Source of the DNA: Tubiluchus corallicola
Taxonomy: Eukaryota; Animalia; Priapulida
DNA: 64,000 nt
NCBI GenBank assembly: GCA_030141605.1
Contig: JAQGDQ010000065.1
Location: 62,001-126,000 of the forward strand
Direction of reading: 5' to 3'
Position numbers and translations under genes: made by a program. Positions 57,145 through 64,000 of the stretch are shown one piece after another; positions within the stretch are counted from its first letter, which is position 1, and each line of letters opens with the position of its first letter. The notes beneath the pieces are model-generated. The model did not search any database. It was given only the letters and a program-made list of their open reading frames with translations, and was not told the DNA's origin.

Positions 57145-60100
57145 GTATATTTTTAAATTCTATTATTTTAGATGTTGAAATATACACAAGCTGGCACTTT
57201 TCATTGTGCTATCTGTCTAATGATTGCAAAATGTTCATTTGGGGTATGCAGTACTTCAGGGATGAGGTGCCAACAATTTGTTGATGTAATATTGGCCTAT
57301 CTCGTGCATTTATAATTGCTTTTGTATTTAATTAGCCTTCTGCCATATACCTACAGTATAACAGTCATATCTATGTGTATAACAGAGTTAGATAACTATT
57401 TTTATGTTTTTTTTCAGCTAATATGAGACCCCCGGATATAAATCCAAAAGCAGTATTTGCAAACAATGAACTAAGCTTAAGAGATATTGAAGTGTATGGT
57501 TTTGACTATGATTACACATTAGCGCTCTACAGCCAGAGTTTACACTTTCTTATCTATCGATTAGCTACTCATGTTCTTATTGATAAGTACAAGGTAAGCT
57601 TCAAATAGCTGAACTTAATTACGTTCAGTTTTAACTACTGTTTGTTTGTAATTAATAAGCCAAAACAAACGTAGTGTGAGTGAATAATCTTTTATGTAAC
57701 AATAAAGTGACTACTTATAGTACTTGTTGATTTATAAGCGAATAACTACTCTTAGACTATGCACACATCTACACAATTGAGTGCACACCTGCTAAAATTC
57801 TGTTATCGTAATTGCTTCGCTGTACAATATAATACATTTTATTTGCTTAGTAATAAAAAGCTTGATGATTGACTGCATTCTTTTTTAGGTTGGTAATTCA
57901 TTAGTAAATTAATTGTATGTGATATTTACGCTATGTTGAAGGCGGTTTCATTATGCGTATTAGTGGATGGGTTATATTACAGATTTATGTCAGCACTGTA
58001 CAATGCTGTATCTATGGATACGCATTTATTAAATCTATGGATGATCAATCCATAGCTTATTGTGACCACCATGCCTGGAACGCAACTGTATAATACTTTA
58101 ACTTAGTAAAATCTGCCATTTATTAAATCCAAACTTTGCATTTTTTAACTTGGTAAACAACCTGTCACATGTAATGGATAATGGCATCTTAGATAACAAT
58201 ACATATTTTACGCGAGTTGCTTCAATTTCACAAATGCTAATAAATTATTGATTTTACTTAAAAACTTTTCACTAGCAGTTTATTGATGGCTAAGTGTATT
58301 GGCTTCATAAATAAACAATACGCCCTGTAATAACGTAGAAAATGCTACTTAATAGGCCTCTTTGGTTTATAAATCCTGTCGCTTAATAAATCCATTCAGC
58401 TTCGCACTAAGGTGGATTTATTAAGCGGAGTACACTGTAATTAGCAGAGTTTGTTAGATTATCTAATAGCATAGATGTAATGGAATCACATCGGACTACT
58501 ATTATAAAAGAAGCAGGATGCAACACTTTACAAGTAACCTCATAAAAAGTTAATTAACGATTTTTTTTCTAAAGTATTGGTCTTTGGAGAGTTTTCTCGG
58601 TAAAAATGTTGACTACTTTTTTGCGAAGTTTAAACTGGAAATCAGAGTGACTCAGTTATGACCCAGGACAGGCTTGTTATGCACATTTCAGGATTTAAAC
58701 AGTTCATTTGTCGAAGCTAGTCAAATTTTCACCCTTATGTGATGGAACGAAGACTGTCTACACTTTTTCAAGCTCAGAAGTGCCCAGCAAAAAAATCCAT
58801 TGTTTCCAGCAAAAAATCAAGAGTGCAAAATGTTAACTTATGTAGAACAGTGCAGGCCCTTCTAATGTTAATAACACTGCTGGATAGTGTGTAGCTTGAG
58901 GGAGATGTAAGTTGTGCTGCATGATTTGCAGAATATCAAAAATACTGCTAATCAAACTTTCAACAACTTAACTTTTAAATTCTCTACGAAGTTTAAATTA
59001 ATAAAAATATTGGTGATGATGATAGCTGACTCATTTATCAACTGTCTTACTAAGCTACTTAATAAGTGATCATTGACTGACCAAATGATATAAGCAGTTT
59101 TGAGAGTGGCAATCTTAGCTTAAAATTTCATTCGCTCAGAAAAATGGTCCTAGCCCTGCTGTAATTAAAAATGGCTGTGAATTAATTTGCTAAATTTGAA
59201 TACAACCAGCTACTAGCAATGCTATTATAACTTATAGCAATACTATAATACCAGCCTTTTCATTATGCTATCATTCTTATTACATGTACGCTAGGGACAG
59301 ATTAACCATTGCAATGATATTACTACAGCCTTTGGCTCTAAATTTTGATAGGCCTTTGGTGTTCTGATACTGTTGACTAATTAAACAAGTAATGCTACTT
59401 AATAAACAAAATAACAAATTTATTGAAGACAGATCATGCTAAAGATAATATTATTTGTTTTTCTTTCCGTGCATTGGCAGTAAGCACTTGAGCAATTGAG
59501 CCAAAATTGTACAGAGAATATTTTATTTTTCACTTTAGAACCCATACACTCGAGGCAGTATTCAAGGGGAGGGCAGGTGTCAGTGCTCCCAGAGCAAATG
59601 AACTGTACATTTTCAGGACAAAAAATTCTGTTTCAAAATTTCAAAGTTTAAGATTTCATTCTGCGCTTCCGCTTTATATAGACTAAAACATTTCTGGTTT
59701 GGCGAATTGCTTTTAGTTTTTGATGATTTTAAAGTTAATAATAATGCATGCGGTCAAATTTAGTTAACTAAAATTGATAACGTCTTTTATATGCTTTTTA
59801 AGTACATGCTCACCAAAGTTTGCCGACCCGGTTGCAAATATGTTTGCAAAAGGAAAACGTAAACTATCATCATTATTTCTTTGAAATTTCTAAAACATTA
59901 GAGAAAGTACATTAGAAAATATCTGTATGTTTGCTCAGTGAAAACACAAGCTTATACTTTCCCTAGGTAACATAGTAGTTCTTTTAGCAAGGGTAATTAT
60001 CAAACTCAGCATGATGTACTTGCTATTGCACTTTACAAATTCAAAATGATCAATGTCATGTCACGTCATGCACCTGTATGGTTTGTATTATCATATAACC

Positions 60101-60760
60101 TACTATAAGTCTATAATACTATTAGAACTGGTACCAAAGACAAAGTGCTTGTCGGTTGATATATTTATTTGGATTTTTAGTTTTGTTTTAGTAAATGAAA
60201 ATCCTTTTACTCACAAATCATGAACTTTATGTACACATATTTATTTTTTGCATAGTATCCAAGAGATTTAGCAAAACTGGTATATGATCCATCATTTGCT
60301 GTGAGAGGTCTTCATTATGATGTACACAAGGTAATGCAATTAAAAGTTCAGTATATAGTAAAACTGTATTTACCCAGCTACATAAATATGGATAAAGTTA
60401 ACTAATTTATTATGGACTCATAATATTTAGTTATTATATTTTATTATATTTATTAATTTGTTTGTTTAGTAATGTTTTTTGTTGTTGTTAGGGACTTCTT
60501 ATGAAAATCGATGCATTTCACAAGATACAGCTTGGCACAGTATATCGTGGTCATGTAAAACTTAGTGATGATGAAGTAAAGAGCTTGTATGAGGGCTTGC
60601 ATATTACTTTGGACAAGCTTAATAATTTTTATGGATATGTATGTAAATTTTTACAAGTGCCTTCATTGTTAGTTTTTGTTTCTTAATTTGACTTTTCAGA
60701 TTCTTTTTAAAATACCTTTTTTCTGAAAAATTACTGGTTTGCAATAATATTCTGAAACAA

Positions 60761-60802
<42 letters not shown>

Positions 60803-63260
60803 GTGATGGTGATGATGATGTTAATATTAGTGATGATCATGAAAATTTATTATGGTAATAATGAAATTTGCTTAATAGAGCTGCATAGTTGCATAAAATG
60901 TTCATTTTATAATTATAATATTATGAATTTTTTAATGGATTAAGCTTATTACGTATTATAACCATACACTTTAAATTTTTATGCAGGGTGCACATATGCA
61001 GCAACTAGTTGATATGTTTAGTCCTCCAGAGATTTGCTTGCTGGCTGATGTTGCAGAGTATTTTCTCAAACACAATATCCAGTTTGATCCTGACTACCTA
61101 TTCAATGACGTCAAGGTATTGTATTGCATCATATCAAACTGTCTCTCAATCTTAATTTTTCCATCAGGGTCACTGGAAGAAGCTTGAATCAAAAACCTTC
61201 ATGTTTGGCAGTTTATCTGTAGTCCTTTTGATTATCAAATTTAACCAAATTTATTTAATCAAATTTCAGGTCACGGATTCTTGCAGACGGAATTTTTGTA
61301 AACCTACCCCGATTTTTTGATAGTGTAATTAAGAATCCAGTGTTGTGGTTTCCCACTGAGGAATCACTAGATTTACCTGCACAGTACCTTTGCCAATTTA
61401 GTTACAGATACGCTTAACGTTTTTGCATAAACAAGGCAGTGCATTTTATGTTTACTGAGTTTCACTCCTTACTGAACGTTTGTGGTATATTTTATAGTGA
61501 CTGACATGTTTTGTACACATTTTGGTAAATGCATTAATTCTGCAGGCCCTGCTTGCCTTTCATAAGTCCTTTAAAGTGAAATTTAACATAAAAACAAGTT
61601 TTCTTTAATTAAAAGAGTTACCCTAACTTAATATTTGACACAAATTTTCTTAAATTTCATGGCTTCTTTTGTAATAAAATCGGGCCTCGAGGTTACATTT
61701 TTTCCCAAAACATTTTGTTCGGTTTCGGAAAATCTCAGACCAAACAAATGTGCTAGTAGCGGCTTCCTTGGATACAGTATCGTTTCTGTGATGCTGAATT
61801 GGTAAACAATACTACGCTGTGAATTGTGACACGTGACTGCTGTAACTAAGGACTGACCGTTTGCTGGTGTCGTCTAATGAGTGAAATGTGTGAAAACAAG
61901 TTCCAGAGTTTTTTCGGGAATGACACATTCACATGCAATTTGCTCCTACATATATATATATATATATAAACCACGAAGAAAAAGCAAAAGCATCAGAAAG
62001 TCTTAGAGCATTTTCTTTTGATTTTTTTGTGCAAAACTAAAACCTCATAAAGTATGCTGTTTTTGACATTTGAGTGTTGTTTTAACAAATTTAATAGGCA
62101 GAAGACTGTACAGAATTACTTATTTTTGCCATTAATGTAGGTTTTTTCGAAAAATGAAGAATTAAAACTGATTTAATGAATTTCAGTACAAGTTTTTTTC
62201 GTCACTTTTTATAACCTGAGCTTATTTGCTGCTGGGACTGTAACTAACACAAAATGACCAATGTGTTTCTGGTAATTTTATAATCAACTTATATGAGTTT
62301 TTCACATTTATACCCCAAATACTATGAAATAGTAAAGATAAATTGTCATAAGATTCTAGTGTTTATAGAATCATATTCCTTTAAATTGTCCCAGGCTTGA
62401 GATTGAGGTTTCTCACTCTTAACTAAGAATACCTTGCAGAGTCTTACTGGAAATTAACCATTTATCATTATTATTGGTTTGCTGATTATTAATATTGAAT
62501 AACTTTAACACTAGAGCAGCTAAAGTTATGAAACTTGCAGGGTGAACATCTAGGGTAGGGGCACAGACAGGTATGATGATCCGTGATCTTATTATTTTTA
62601 CTTTTTTCAGACTGCTGTAGAATTCGTGCATATATCTGGTCTCATGCATCAAGAAATTCTTAAAGATATAGGTAAATAGTTTTCTCTTTAAGGAATCTTG
62701 AGGAGTCTTTTAGCAGATTTTCTTGCAGTCTAGGCTTACCGATGGCAGCATATCATGTTTTAGTTTTTCTAGTTTAGTCAAAATAATATCTTTCTTGAGG
62801 TTTGTAATTTGGCATCATATATAATGACAGATTTTGATCTGTTACAGATTAAAGTATGGCGCAATTTGGGCACTGATTAAGTGTAGAACAAAATACAGTA
62901 ACATCTGGAAAACATTACGAGTCCTGGAGTACATAAATTAAGACTTTTACACTAAGTCTTTTGTAAGACTAAGCAAATTAACCAAACATGCTGTCGCTGT
63001 TGTTGAATTGCATTCATCGATTTGCCAACCATTATTATGTATGGCGTACCATTTACTTTAGCACCAGTTGTTGTAGTTTTACCTATAAATGAGAAATTAG
63101 CAGTATTTTCAGCAGTTTTCACACGATACATAATATAATACTTGTGTTCATTGGTAGGTAAATATTTGGAGAAAGAAAATGGTTTAAAAGACATGTTGCT
63201 GAAATTGAAATCATCAGGGAAGAGTATATTCCTTATAACGAATAGTGGTTATGCGTTTGT
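56967..63260 (+). CDS. NT5DC3: 5'-nucleotidase domain-containing protein, NT5DC2/NT5DC3 family (HAD superfamily), 3'-partial
   Basis: Exons 56967-57144, 57418-57593, 60256-60330, 60492-60638, 60987-61115, 62611-62671 and 63158-63260 have GT-AG boundaries and compatible phases. They carry HAD motif I (YGFDYDYTL), [22 protein letters not shown] and motif II (FLITNS). NT5DC2 and NT5DC3 cannot be told apart by eye; this is probably a co-ortholog. The gene continues past the window. Confidence 0.93.
57418..57593 (+). CDS. NT5DC3: NT5DC2/3-like exon with HAD motif I
   Basis: [30 protein letters not shown]; ttttcag acceptor, gtaagc donor. Confidence 0.95.
60256..60330 (+). CDS. NT5DC3: NT5DC2/3-like exon
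   Basis: [25 protein letters not shown]; catag acceptor, gtaatg donor. Confidence 0.93.
60492..60638 (+). CDS. NT5DC3: NT5DC2/3-like exon
   Basis: [20 protein letters not shown]...NNFYGY; ttag acceptor, gtatgt donor. Confidence 0.93.
60761..60820. repeat. (GAT)n microsatellite in NT5DC intron
   Basis: Direct reading. Confidence 0.95.
60987..61115 (+). CDS. NT5DC3: NT5DC2/3-like exon
   Basis: [19 protein letters not shown]...LFNDVK; atgcag acceptor, gtattg donor. Confidence 0.93.
62611..62671 (+). CDS. NT5DC3: NT5DC2/3-like exon
   Basis: [20 protein letters not shown]; ttttcag acceptor, gtaaat donor. Confidence 0.9.
63158..63260 (+). CDS. NT5DC3: NT5DC2/3-like exon with HAD motif II
   Basis: [34 protein letters not shown]; ggtag acceptor, gtaagt donor. 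Confidence 0.92.
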
Positions 63261-64000
63261 GTAAGTATGTGTTATATTATTCACATTTCTCATCTATCAA
63301 TGTTTGGACAAATTCAGTTACAGGGAATCTTTGTTATCCTGTTTAGTTACTAGCATTACAGGATTTTGCTGAGAATCGCAAAAACTAAGAATGACAAAGC
63401 AATACATAAACTGTACTTTTTACATGCACAATATTTCAAACATGAAGTTATGCACGAAACTACCCTTTTGGAATCTTAGGGACATTAAATACATGTATTT
63501 TTCATGATCTAAGTAATACAACTTTTTTCTCTTTAATTACGTGATTGAATTTTGTCATTTTAATTCTGGCATTTGAGATACTATTGCAAATCTATATATT
63601 TTCTGAAAGAGAATTAAATTTTCTAACACTCTAAATTTCATGTTTAAATTTGTGTGTGCATTTGAGTAGTTAACAGTGTATAAACCATTTTATAGTAAGT
63701 CTAGCATAAGTCCACATAGATCATTTGTTATGGTAAATTATGGTTAGCAACACTGCTTTTGTGCTAAAGGGTAAATGCTAAAGTTAGACCCCACTTAAAT
63801 CAAGCTTATTTGTTGTTTGATGAAAACAAGGTCTTCTTGTCCTTAAGAATTAAATTTCATCACTGCACCATAGCTAGTAAAGTCTGCGGTTAACAAGGAA
63901 CAGCTCCCCTTTACTGAGAAACTTCAATTGACAATTTTATAAATGGATTTTGTGAAACTGAACCAAATTGTTTTATAAAAGGTAATTGTGTTTGTATGTT

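Noticed and set aside
61571-62384. Another TTAA-flanked Kolobok-like element in an NT5DC intron
   Set aside because: The TIR match is weak and there is no second copy in the window.

Overview
AT-rich, intron- and repeat-rich eukaryotic DNA. It is probably an invertebrate metazoan (inferred from the gene set and transposon families). Three spliced genes were rebuilt by hand with GT-AG sites and consistent phases. (1) ZMYND19 on +, 7 coding exons at 8454-30540; its first coding exon was not found in the window. (2) A C7orf50/cholesin-like WKF-domain gene on -, 7 coding exons at 40794-35334, 298 aa. (3) An NT5DC2/NT5DC3-like HAD 5'-nucleotidase on +, from 56967 and running off the window end. 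The rest is a decayed Ty3/Gypsy element with both LTRs and a TSD, several 5'-truncated LINEs (CR1-, L2/Crack- and RTE-like), many MITEs (Kolobok-, hAT-, Tc1/mariner- and PIF-like), a tRNA-derived SINE, about 18 local tandem arrays and microsatellites. The most notable observations are a duplicated last-exon splice acceptor in ZMYND19 that would truncate the MYND finger, a decaying tandem array of the C7orf50 C-terminus plus stop codon, a Penelope-type hammerhead ribozyme core in a ZMYND19 intron, TA...TA LTR termini, and a multi-hairpin 115-bp satellite. No prokaryotic system or CRISPR array is present. Most ORFs in the supplied track are spurious.
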